Source: Candidatus Helarchaeota ASGARD archaeon Hel_GB_B
GTDB taxonomy: Archaea; Asgardarchaeota; Lokiarchaeia; Helarchaeales; HEL-GB-B
Direction: 5' to 3'
DNA length: 32,000 nucleotides
NCBI GenBank assembly: GCA_005191425.1
Contig: SUPR01000008.1
Span: 25,590-57,589 of the forward strand
Part shown: one piece after another, positions 9,105-18,325 of the stretch
Position numbering within the stretch: the stretch's first letter is position 1
Layout: every line of letters begins with the position of its first letter
Translations under genes and position numbers: made by a program
The notes under the pieces: generated by a model
What the model was told of the DNA's origin: nothing
The model's database searches: none
The model's input: the letters and a program-made list of their open reading frames with translations, nothing else

Positions 9105-10265
9105 TTAAAAATAAAATGGCCTTATCTGCTTTTGTAAATATTTCTTTTTAATATTTACTTTATACTTTTTTTCAATCTGGCTCATTAGATATTCATCTTC
9201 ATAAAATACAAATGATATTGCAGTACCTTTTTTTCCCATCCTACCAGTCCGACCTATACGGTGGACGTATGTTTCAATACTATCTGGCATATCAAAATTG
9301 ATAACATGCGTAATTCCTTCAATATCAATTCCTCTTGAAACTACATCCGTTGCAATTAGAAAACGTCCTTTATTTTTAAAATTATTCAATGTTCGTTCTC
9401 TTTGTCTTTGGCTTAGATCACTACAAATATACTCTGCTGAATAACCTAAAGATCTTAATTCATCACATAATTTTCTAGTTTCAACTCGCGTTTTAACAAA
9501 AATCAATATCTTTAGATTTTTTACCTTCGAGCCATTATTTGATATTTCGTCTAATATTCTTGTCAAAAGGTTAATTTTATCATTAGAATTTTCTATAATA
9601 TAATATATTTGATTAATTGATGATGGTACCTGCTCTTCATTCTTTCTTCTGACCGAAATTGTAATTGCATGGGGGGCATATTTTTTTGAAAGTCTTATAG
9701 TTTCATCTGGTATTGTTGCCCCAAAAAACATAAATTGTTGCTGTCCTTTTTGCCATTTCATATATCTTAATATTTGGTTTACATCCTCGTAAAACCCCAT
9801 ATCAAACATTTTATCTGCTTCATCAAGTACAATGATTTTTGGCTTAGTCCTTAGTCCATGTCTAAAATGGTCTAATAAACGTCCTGGAGTCGAAACTATA
9901 ATATGAACGCCTCTTTTTAATTGTTCCATTTGGTTATCAAATGAAACACCGCCATAAATTGACAATATTTTAATTCTGGTATATTTAGAAATCATTGTTA
10001 ATTCATCAGAAATTTGTTTAGCCAGTTCTCTCGTGGGAGAAATTATAGCTGCTTGAATCAAATTTTTATTTTCATCAATATTTTCAATAATAGGAATACC
10101 AAAAGCAAGCGTTTTTCCTGACCCAGTTTTTGCTTGTCCTATTAAACATTTACCCTTCATTAAATGAGGGATTGCTTTTTCTTGAATGTCTGTCGCTTCA
10201 ATGAACCCATTAGATGTGAGTCCTTTTAAGACTTTATCAGATAATTTTAATTCTGTAAATTTCAT
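9105..10265 (-). CDS. DEAD-box RNA helicase (minimal core)
   Basis: Q motif (GFIEATDIQ), AKTGSGKT, PTRELA, TPGRL, DEAD, GAT in place of SAT, RGIDI and HRIGRTGR. Confidence 0.97.
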   Translation of the reverse strand: MKFTELKLSDKVLKGLTSNGFIEATDIQEKAIPHLMKGKCLIGQAKTGSGKTLAFGIPIIENIDENKNLIQAAIISPTRELAKQISDELTMISKYTRIKILSIYGGVSFDNQMEQLKRGVHIIVSTPGRLLDHFRHGLRTKPKIIVLDEADKMFDMGFYEDVNQILRYMKWQKGQQQFMFFGATIPDETIRLSKKYAPHAITISVRRKNEEQVPSSINQIYYIIENSNDKINLLTRILDEISNNGSKVKNLKILIFVKTRVETRKLCDELRSLGYSAEYICSDLSQRQRERTLNNFKNKGRFLIATDVVSRGIDIEGITHVINFDMPDSIETYVHRIGRTGRMGKKGTAISFVFYEDEYLMSQIEKKYKVNIKKKYLQKQIRPFYF

Positions 10266-10442
10266 TAGATTTTACCTGTAAATTTTTAAATTTGTAAAAA
10301 ATAGTATCGAATAATTAAAAAATCTTTTACCATTTCTTATTAGAATGTGATTTAATAACCAGATTAATATTTTAATTTTTCCTTAAAATTTGCAAACAAA
10401 TCAAAATAATTTTCTAAATATTGAAAAAATTGGTGATTAAAT

Positions 10443-10943
10443 ATGAATATCGAAGAAAAAATAGCCCGCGAACTTGAAAAAGGAGAGACATTAATAGATT
10501 TAGGTTATTTAGATGAAGCACTCGAGCGACTTGATATTGTATTAGAATTAGATAATGATAATGAAGAAGCTTGGATGTTTAAATGCGCAGCTTTTGAACG
10601 TAAAGGTGATTTCGAAAATGCATTAAGGTGTATTGATAAAGTAATTGAAATTTCTCCAAGAAATAAAATGGCGTGGGATTATAAAGGTTATTTATTATAT
10701 AATTTAAAAGAATTTGAGAATGCTATTAATTGTTTTAAAAAAGCTATTGAAATTAATGATAAATATACTAATGCTTATTATAATTTGGCATGCTGTTATT
10801 CATTATTAGAGAAAAAATCTGATACTTTAAATACATTAAAAACATTGGTCCAATTAAAACCTAAAATTAAGACTGAAATTAAAAATGAAAAAGATTTTAA
10901 GTGGCTTTACGATGAACCCGACTTTATAAATCTTGTGGAATGA
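10443..10943 (+). CDS. Tetratricopeptide repeat protein
   Basis: 166 aa with TPR-spaced AW..K..A / AW.YKG / AYYNLACCY repeats. GGTGA ribosome-binding site upstream. Confidence 0.9.
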   Translation: MNIEEKIARELEKGETLIDLGYLDEALERLDIVLELDNDNEEAWMFKCAAFERKGDFENALRCIDKVIEISPRNKMAWDYKGYLLYNLKEFENAINCFKKAIEINDKYTNAYYNLACCYSLLEKKSDTLNTLKTLVQLKPKIKTEIKNEKDFKWLYDEPDFINLVE

Positions 10944-11295
10944 TTGATAATTATTTTTCTATTTTTATACATTTTTATGAATGGATATCTTTAAATTCTA
11001 ATAAATAATAAAAAATTATTTCAAATTTACATATTCTTTTTTGAATCTCTTTATGGTGAATATTAAATTCTTAAATTAATTAACTATTTGAAATAAAGTC
11101 CAACAAAAAAATAAAAATATATCTTGATTATTAGAAAAATTTTAATTAATTTTTTAAGAATTAATAAGTTAATAAAGCAAAAAAGAATATTTAAAATAAA
11201 TTATTTAAAAAAATCGGAATATTATATTATCATTTCTAATTATTGCATATCTGTACCAATAATTTATGATTTATCTTAAAAAAAAGGCGAGCTAT

Positions 11296-12072
11296 TTGAC
11301 TTTTAATGCAGGTTTAGATATAGGTTCATGTTATTGCAAATGCGTAGTAATTAATGAAAATAAAGAAATCATAGCAACATCAATTTCACCATTAGGTGGA
11401 AACCCCAGAAATGCTTCTAAACTTACTTTTGAAAATGCGTTAAAATCAGCAAATCTTAAAAGTAAAAATATTAAAAATATAGTTTGTGTGGGCAGAAATC
11501 GGAAAAAAGTTTCATTTAAAAGTCATGAGGAGTCAGAGATCAAGTGTATTGCAAAAGGAGCTCGAGAATTAATTCCGTCTTTAAGAACAATTGTAGACCT
11601 TGGTGCGCTAACCAATAAGGCAATTAAACTTAATTCAAATGGAAAAGTGGTCGATTATGTAATTAATGATAAATGCGCATCTGGAAGTGGGATGTTCCTA
11701 GAATTAGTAGCTAAAGCTTTAGAAATGGACATTAGTGATATCGATAAAAAGGCAAAAATGTCTGAAAATCCTCTCCCAATTACAAATCAATGTAGTATTT
11801 TTGCTGAAAGCGAAGTAATATATTTAGTTAATGAAAGTAAAAATGAAATCGACATAATTGCAGGCGTTACAAATTCAATTGCAAACCGAATATATTCACT
11901 CTTAAAAAGGGTAAATATGGAAAAAGATATTATTTTAACGGGTGGAGTCGCAAATACTAATTATATTAAGTTAAAATTAGAAGAAAGGCTTAATATGGAA
12001 ATAAAAGAACCTACTATTTCTCCAATTTATATCGCTGCATTTGGTGCATCCTTATATGCAAGTGAAATTTAA
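11296..12072 (+). CDS. ATP-dependent [4Fe-4S] activator (HgdC/BcrD-like, ASKHA fold), non-canonical copy
   Basis: GLDIGS, DLGAL, NDKCASGSGMFLE, NQCSIFAESE and LTGGVA. Likely start is TTG 11296 with GGCGAG upstream; the track starts at ATG 11266. Confidence 0.9.
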   Translation: MTFNAGLDIGSCYCKCVVINENKEIIATSISPLGGNPRNASKLTFENALKSANLKSKNIKNIVCVGRNRKKVSFKSHEESEIKCIAKGARELIPSLRTIVDLGALTNKAIKLNSNGKVVDYVINDKCASGSGMFLELVAKALEMDISDIDKKAKMSENPLPITNQCSIFAESEVIYLVNESKNEIDIIAGVTNSIANRIYSLLKRVNMEKDIILTGGVANTNYIKLKLEERLNMEIKEPTISPIYIAAFGASLYASEI

Positions 12073-12087
12073 ACCGGTGAATTTAAA

Positions 12088-12885
12088 ATGGCTAATTATT
12101 TAGGGATTGATATTGGGTCATTAACTGGAAAAGCAGTTATTATTGATGATAATAATAATATAAAAGCACAAAAAGTAATTTATGTAAAAAAAACACCTTT
12201 GAAAACTGTTAATGTACTATTAGACTCTATTTTGCCTGAAATTGGTATTGATGACCTCTCAAAAATAACTTATTGCGTTGGAACTGGTTATGGTCGTAGG
12301 AAAATACCTCTTGCTAATGAAACAATTAGTGAGATTACCTGTCATGGAACAGGTGCCCATCATGTTATGCCCTCTTTAAGAACTGTTATTGACATTGGTG
12401 GTCAGGACTGTAAGGTTATTAGGCTAGATGAAAATGGGAATTTAAAGAATTTTATTATGAATGAGAAATGCGCGGCAGGTACTGGGCGATACCTAGAATT
12501 AATGAGTGAAACTCTAAATATCCCTCTTGAAAAACTTGGTCCAATTTCATTAAAAACAAAATCGCCTGTATCTCTTCAAAGTAAATGTTCATTATACGCT
12601 CAATTTGAAGTTATTTCGCTATTAGGGGAAGGTATTAAAAAACCAGATATCGCAGCTGGAATAAATAAAGCAATGGCTGAAAGGGTCATAAATCTCGCTG
12701 AAAAAGTCGGTATTGAAGAGGACATAACTGTAAGCGGTGGAGTTGCTAAAAATATCGGTGTAGTTATCAATATGGAAAAATTACTGGGTATAAAATTTAA
12801 AAAACTACCTGTAGATCCCCAAATAATTGGTGCACTTGGGGCAGCTTTAATTTCAAGAAAATCCTTTTTAAAGAAAAACAGCTGA
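12088..12885 (+). CDS. ATP-dependent [4Fe-4S] activator (HgdC/BcrA-like), canonical copy
   Basis: GIDIGS, GTGYGR, EITCHG, DIGGQD, MNEKCAAGTGRYLE, SKCSLYA, SGGVAKN and GALGAA. GGTGA ribosome-binding site upstream. Confidence 0.93.
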   Translation: MANYLGIDIGSLTGKAVIIDDNNNIKAQKVIYVKKTPLKTVNVLLDSILPEIGIDDLSKITYCVGTGYGRRKIPLANETISEITCHGTGAHHVMPSLRTVIDIGGQDCKVIRLDENGNLKNFIMNEKCAAGTGRYLELMSETLNIPLEKLGPISLKTKSPVSLQSKCSLYAQFEVISLLGEGIKKPDIAAGINKAMAERVINLAEKVGIEEDITVSGGVAKNIGVVINMEKLLGIKFKKLPVDPQIIGALGAALISRKSFLKKNS

Positions 12886-13212
12886 TATTTTTACTTAAAA
12901 TGTCTATATTTTTTACTTCTACATCTTAATATTGATATTCTTTTCAGAGCCAGCAACCTTAATTTTATTATTTTTGAAAATAAATATAGAATATAAAAAC
13001 TTTTGAAATAATCACTTTAATGGAGTAATGAAACCTTTAAATAATTTAATAAATTTACCAAATCTCTTAACAATATCTATATTTAATAATTTAAGACAAA
13101 ATAAGTGTATTAATTTTTACGTTTATAATTATTTGAAAAACATTTTAGAACAATTTAGTCTAATAATTTCTTAATAATTATTTGATTTTTGATTTTTTGG
13201 TGTTGTGAAAAA

Positions 13213-15936
13213 ATGGATAAGAAAGCATTTGGGTCTGGATATTTTGGAGAATGGATTAAAGATGAGTTTGGTTTACCAGCATATAAATATAATTGCGATC
13301 AAATAAATGACCCCAAGGCAATTTCACCGACTAATGAATTTTGGAGGAAAAAAACGAACCATTCTCATCAAATTGGTAATGACCGACTAATTGGAGTAGC
13401 TTCTAATTATGGGTACATACAAGTCCGCCAAGATGAAGGGAGTCCAAAGTTTTTAAATGATTATGACCCGAGTCGTTATCAATATGGTGGTGGACTTGGT
13501 TTTTTAACTGATGGAAATATATTCTTAAGTACATATTACCCTGGAAATGCGGATTCATTTGACCGAATTTTTGGTATGGGTTATTATCGTAAAATTGTGA
13601 AGGGACATGGTCTATCTGTGGACCAAATTATATTTGCTCCTTTTGGAGATGACCCTCTTTTAATTTCTCAAGTAACTATTACAAATAATAGAGATAAACC
13701 AGTGGATTTAAATTGGATTGAATATTGGGGATGTAGAATTTATCAATTTTCTTACAAAGCATTTATGGCAGGGTTAATTTCTAAAAAATCGACAGTCCCT
13801 GATATACGAAGAAATTTTACGGATAAATTCATCAGAAAATTTTCAAAAATTAATGACCACGATGGCATTTTAGTATCTAGAAAATTTTTAGGTTTTAAAT
13901 TAATTGAACATTTATTATGGGGAGTAATGAATTTAGCCTTAGCGACTATAGCAAGGAGTCTATCTGGTGGATCGGTAAAAACACCAGTAAAAGAATCTAC
14001 CTTGGAAGATAAAACTCCACCAGATACATTTCTGGTCTCATTGGACAAACCAACAGATGAATTATCCATAGATGCTAGAAACTTTTTTGGGAGTGGGGGT
14101 GTAGAGAACCCAAGTGGAATTTTTGATGAATTCCAAGAAGATTTTAATTCTACCGAAGAAAATAATGGGCTATTTCTTAAACGGAAAATTAAATTAAATT
14201 CAGGTGAAAAGAAGACCTTATACTTTGCGTTTGGTTATGTTGAAGATAAAAACAATATTAATTCAATTGTTAATCATTATAAGAAAAATTACAAAGATTT
14301 ATTTGAAAAATCATGTGCTAAATGGAACCGAGATCGAATTAAACTATCAATTCATGATGATAAGTGGATTGATCGAGAATTAAAATGGCATTATTATTAT
14401 TTAAGAAGTAATTTAACTTTTGATAGTTTTTTTAAAGAACATATTCTATCACAAGGTCATGTATATCAATATTTAATAGGTTTTCAAGGTGCATCAAGAG
14501 ACCCATGTCAACATGCTCTACCATTCATTTATTCTGACCCTAGATTTGTAAAAGAAATCATCCGATATACATGTAAAACAGTAAAACCAAAGGGCGAGAT
14601 CCCATATGGAATTGTGGGGAATGGAGTAATACAACCTTCACCATTTAAACCAAGTGATTTGGAATTATGGCTTCTATGGCTAACAAGTGAATATGTGCTG
14701 GCATGGCGTGATTTAGATTTTCTTAATGAAAAAATACCAATGTACCCAATATATAAAGCCAAAAACAAGGAAGTCCGCATAATTGATATTTTACAATTAT
14801 GTTATAACCATTTTATAAATATTACTGGAGTAGGAATACACGGGCTTCAGAAATTATCAAATGGCGATTGGAACGACATGGTCATTCTTGGCTATGTACC
14901 TAAAAAGAGGCAAAAATCTATTAAAAACAGTGCAGAAAGTGTCCTTAATTCTGCAATGGCAGTTTATACCTTGGACTTATATTCCAAATTAATGAATTTT
15001 ACAGGAAAAATAGATTTGGCTGAAAAAATTAAATTAAAGGCAGAAGAATTGAAATCTGCAGTTAAGAAACAGTGGGCTAACTATTGGTTTAAACGGGCTT
15101 GGTTATCCCAAGAATATGGATGGGTCGGAGAAGATATATTATGGCTAGAACCCCAGCCCTGGACTATTATTGGTGGAATTGCCGATCAAGATCAAATTAA
15201 AATATTACTTAAATCAATTGACGAAAAACTTAGAAAATCATCAAAAATTGGTGCGACTATATTAAATGAGCCAATTTCGCATGTAACAGAAGAAAAAGGA
15301 ATGGCTACTAATGGTGGTATCTGGTTATCTATTAATGGGACATTAATCTGGGCATTAGCTTTAACCAATCCTGAAATGGCTTTAGATGAATGGAAAAAAA
15401 ATAGTTTGGCTTACCATGCAGAAGCATTTCCTGAAATTTGGTATGGAATTTGGAGTGGGCCAGATACTTATAATTCTCATTTCTCGGAATTTGAGGGTGC
15501 AACTCTATTTTTCGACCCAAATAAAAAGGCTAAAGGACTTAATGTCAATGTAAACTGGACTGACTTTCCAGTAATGAATATGCACTCTCATGCATGGCCT
15601 TTATATTCTGTTATCAAACTTCTCGGGATCGAATTTTCACCTAATGGGCTGGAAATTAAACCCTCAATTCCAAAAGATGAATATGAATTTTATTCCCCCC
15701 TAATTATGTTTAAAAAAACGGAAAATGGATATACTGGGCACTATTCTCCCAATAAAATTGGTAATTGGAAAATTTCCATTATTCTTCCTGAAAATGAAAT
15801 AGAAAACATAGAAAAATTAGAAGTTAATGGAAAATCTATTATGTTTAACAAGGAACAAGATAGAATTGAATTTGAAGGTAAAAGTTCGGCTAAAAATCCA
15901 CTAAAATGGACTATAATTAAAAAATTTACTCAATAA
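13213..15936 (+). CDS. GH94-like (GH36-type) (alpha/alpha)6 glycoside phosphorylase/hydrolase, divergent
   Basis: GFQGASRDPCQ, SDLELWL, GIHGL...GDWND (catalytic Asp region), AESV, WFKRAW, WLEPQPW, NGGIW and LGI....GLEIKP match the order of GH94 motifs. Likely start is ATG 13213 (907 aa); the track starts at 13189. Confidence 0.75.
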   Translation: MDKKAFGSGYFGEWIKDEFGLPAYKYNCDQINDPKAISPTNEFWRKKTNHSHQIGNDRLIGVASNYGYIQVRQDEGSPKFLNDYDPSRYQYGGGLGFLTDGNIFLSTYYPGNADSFDRIFGMGYYRKIVKGHGLSVDQIIFAPFGDDPLLISQVTITNNRDKPVDLNWIEYWGCRIYQFSYKAFMAGLISKKSTVPDIRRNFTDKFIRKFSKINDHDGILVSRKFLGFKLIEHLLWGVMNLALATIARSLSGGSVKTPVKESTLEDKTPPDTFLVSLDKPTDELSIDARNFFGSGGVENPSGIFDEFQEDFNSTEENNGLFLKRKIKLNSGEKKTLYFAFGYVEDKNNINSIVNHYKKNYKDLFEKSCAKWNRDRIKLSIHDDKWIDRELKWHYYYLRSNLTFDSFFKEHILSQGHVYQYLIGFQGASRDPCQHALPFIYSDPRFVKEIIRYTCKTVKPKGEIPYGIVGNGVIQPSPFKPSDLELWLLWLTSEYVLAWRDLDFLNEKIPMYPIYKAKNKEVRIIDILQLCYNHFINITGVGIHGLQKLSNGDWNDMVILGYVPKKRQKSIKNSAESVLNSAMAVYTLDLYSKLMNFTGKIDLAEKIKLKAEELKSAVKKQWANYWFKRAWLSQEYGWVGEDILWLEPQPWTIIGGIADQDQIKILLKSIDEKLRKSSKIGATILNEPISHVTEEKGMATNGGIWLSINGTLIWALALTNPEMALDEWKKNSLAYHAEAFPEIWYGIWSGPDTYNSHFSEFEGATLFFDPNKKAKGLNVNVNWTDFPVMNMHSHAWPLYSVIKLLGIEFSPNGLEIKPSIPKDEYEFYSPLIMFKKTENGYTGHYSPNKIGNWKISIILPENEIENIEKLEVNGKSIMFNKEQDRIEFEGKSSAKNPLKWTIIKKFTQ

Positions 15937-15950
15937 TTCAAGGAATTAAA

Positions 15951-17123
15951 ATGAACTCACGTGAACGCGTATTAACTACATTTGAACACCAAGAACCCGA
16001 TAAAATTCCAATCGATTTTGGAGGTAATCAATCGGGAATACATATTATTGCTTATAAAAATTTACTTAAATATTTGGATATAGATGATAAAAATATTAAA
16101 TATTGTGATTTTATCCAACAATTGGCATATCCTTGTGAAGAATTATTAAAACGATTTGAAGTTGATATCCGTTGGCTTAGACCGCCAAAATCACTTTTAC
16201 CTGAAAATTTTATGCCAATAATTGAAGGGAAATATATTGGGATTTATGACCAATTCGGTGTATTTTGGGGCGATAGTAAGGAAAAAGATGTCAAGGAAAT
16301 ATTATATTATTCACCCCAAATCCATCCTCTGGAAGATTTAAATACTATAAATCAAATTAAAAATTTTGACTGGCCTGATGGGACTGATAAAAAGCCATTT
16401 AAAGGACTCCGAGAACAAGCTAAAAAGCTCCGTAAAAATACTCAATATGCTATAGCTGTTCCTCCATTAGGTTGTAATTTTGAGTATACTACATTTCTAT
16501 TTGGTTTTAAAAAGGCCCTTAGCCATCTCAGAAGAAAACCCGAACTAATTGTCGCTGCAATGGAAGAATTAAAAAAATATTGGACTGATTATGCTACTAC
16601 TTTTTTGAATGAAATTAAATTTAATAACGAATTTTATGTTGATATAGTTGCTGTTAATAGCGACCTTGCTATGCAAACAGGGCCACTTATGGACCCAGAA
16701 AAAATATATGTCCCAATAATTAAACCAATTGAGAGAGACTTTTCTCAAAAACTGCATAGCCTTGCAAATATCAAGATCAATTTTCATTGTTGCGGTTCTA
16801 TAGCTCCATTTATACCACATTTTGCCGATATACAATATGATGCAGTAAATCCCGTTCAAATTGGAGCTTATGATATGGAACCTTGTAGTTTAAAGAAGAG
16901 GTTCGGAGAAATAATAACTTTTTGGGGCGGTCTCTGCGACTCTCAACATACACTACCATATGGACCTTTGAAAAAAATAGAAAATGAAGTCAAATATAAC
17001 TTAGAATGTTTCAAAAAAGGCGGTGGATATATAGCTTCGAGTGTGCATAATATAACTTCAGAAGTACCACCTGAAAACATAACTACAATGTTTGATACAC
17101 TAATAAAATATAGAAAATATTAA
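15951..17123 (+). CDS. UroD/MtaA-family (cobalamin-dependent methyltransferase-like) TIM-barrel protein
   Basis: MNSRERVL....HQEPDKIPID, FHCCG, AVNPVQ, GGGYI and VHNI....PPEN. Starts 14 bp downstream of the GH94-like gene. Confidence 0.88.
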   Translation: MNSRERVLTTFEHQEPDKIPIDFGGNQSGIHIIAYKNLLKYLDIDDKNIKYCDFIQQLAYPCEELLKRFEVDIRWLRPPKSLLPENFMPIIEGKYIGIYDQFGVFWGDSKEKDVKEILYYSPQIHPLEDLNTINQIKNFDWPDGTDKKPFKGLREQAKKLRKNTQYAIAVPPLGCNFEYTTFLFGFKKALSHLRRKPELIVAAMEELKKYWTDYATTFLNEIKFNNEFYVDIVAVNSDLAMQTGPLMDPEKIYVPIIKPIERDFSQKLHSLANIKINFHCCGSIAPFIPHFADIQYDAVNPVQIGAYDMEPCSLKKRFGEIITFWGGLCDSQHTLPYGPLKKIENEVKYNLECFKKGGGYIASSVHNITSEVPPENITTMFDTLIKYRKY

Positions 17124-17153
17124 TTTTCTTAAAAATAAAAGGATTTTATCAGT

Positions 17154-18323
17154 TTATTCATCAATTTTAATTGGATAATTTCCATATTTTTCTCTAATTC
17201 TCATTACAGCTTCCCATCTATCAATAGTGACCGCAGGGTTGATACTATGTCCACTACTAAAAATGTATCCTCCTCCTGGAGCCAAAACTTTAATTAACTT
17301 CTTAGAATATTCCTCAATTTCTGAAATCTTTCCCTGGCTCAACATTACTGGACTAATATTCCCAACAAATGTTAATTTATCACCATATTTTTCATGTAAT
17401 TTGAAAATATTATAATCTGGATTTGCAGTAGTCGGTTCAATCGGATTAAGAGCATCAACCCCTGAACTTACAATATCTTCAAAAATTTGCATTAGATCTC
17501 CATCAGAATGCAGTAATATCTTAGAATCGTTTTTATGCGCAGCTTCACAGATTCTTTTTATCCATGGAAATACATATTGTCTATAATTCTTAGGACTCAT
17601 GAACAGTCCATTTTTAAAGCCATAGTCATCCCATAAAATAATCAGTCTTGCTCCATTTTCTGCCAATATCTTGACCATTTCTAAAGTAAACTCTCCTCTA
17701 TCATCAAATACTTTTTTAATTTGTTTTCTATGGGCTAATAAACGTGAAAAATTCTCTAAGCCAAATCCTTCCCACGTGCATTCCATCAATGCCCCCACTG
17801 CAGGAACATTAAAAACTTCATGTTTCATTTCATTTTCAAGATCTTGTCCCGCAAGAAAATTTATAATTCGTATTTCGTCATTAGGGTCAAGTTGTTCCCA
17901 ACTTTCATAATCATCAAAGTCCTTAAAGAAACCCCCATAATATCCTAAAATTATTGTCCCATCTCCACTGTATTTCTCAAGTTTCATAATTCTCCCATAT
18001 TCATCTATGAATCCGTTCTTTATTATTTTTCGGGGAAATAAGGATGCTACTGATATACCAATATCTAATTTTACCCTCCTGCTAAATTCAAATATCTCTT
18101 TTAATCCTTTTGCTACTAATTTTCTATTTTTTAAAGCACTCCTCATTATACTATGACGAAAAGGTATAAATCTTAGTATTTTTAAACCTGCAAACAGTCC
18201 AGCACTGGGTTTTATCCCATAATGCCGCATAATTGTATTATTTGTAAATGCACTTTCAAATGCTGGAACTCGGTCAGGTTCCTCATGATTAATAGCCATT
18301 AAAACCCTTGTAGGTGCGTCCAT
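17154..18323 (-). CDS. UroD/MtaA-family methyltransferase-like protein, second copy
   Basis: RVLMAINHEEPDRVP, WDDYG...GLFMSP, LHSDG, LNPIEP, GNI and GGGYIFSSGHSI. Starts 2 bp after the corrinoid gene. Confidence 0.88.
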   Translation of the reverse strand: MDAPTRVLMAINHEEPDRVPAFESAFTNNTIMRHYGIKPSAGLFAGLKILRFIPFRHSIMRSALKNRKLVAKGLKEIFEFSRRVKLDIGISVASLFPRKIIKNGFIDEYGRIMKLEKYSGDGTIILGYYGGFFKDFDDYESWEQLDPNDEIRIINFLAGQDLENEMKHEVFNVPAVGALMECTWEGFGLENFSRLLAHRKQIKKVFDDRGEFTLEMVKILAENGARLIILWDDYGFKNGLFMSPKNYRQYVFPWIKRICEAAHKNDSKILLHSDGDLMQIFEDIVSSGVDALNPIEPTTANPDYNIFKLHEKYGDKLTFVGNISPVMLSQGKISEIEEYSKKLIKVLAPGGGYIFSSGHSINPAVTIDRWEAVMRIREKYGNYPIKIDE

Positions 18324-18325
18324 TA

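Noticed and set aside
15951-18323. True uroporphyrinogen decarboxylase (hemE)
   Set aside because: The HemE N-terminal RQAGR motif is absent, and the neighbouring corrinoid protein points to methyltransferases.
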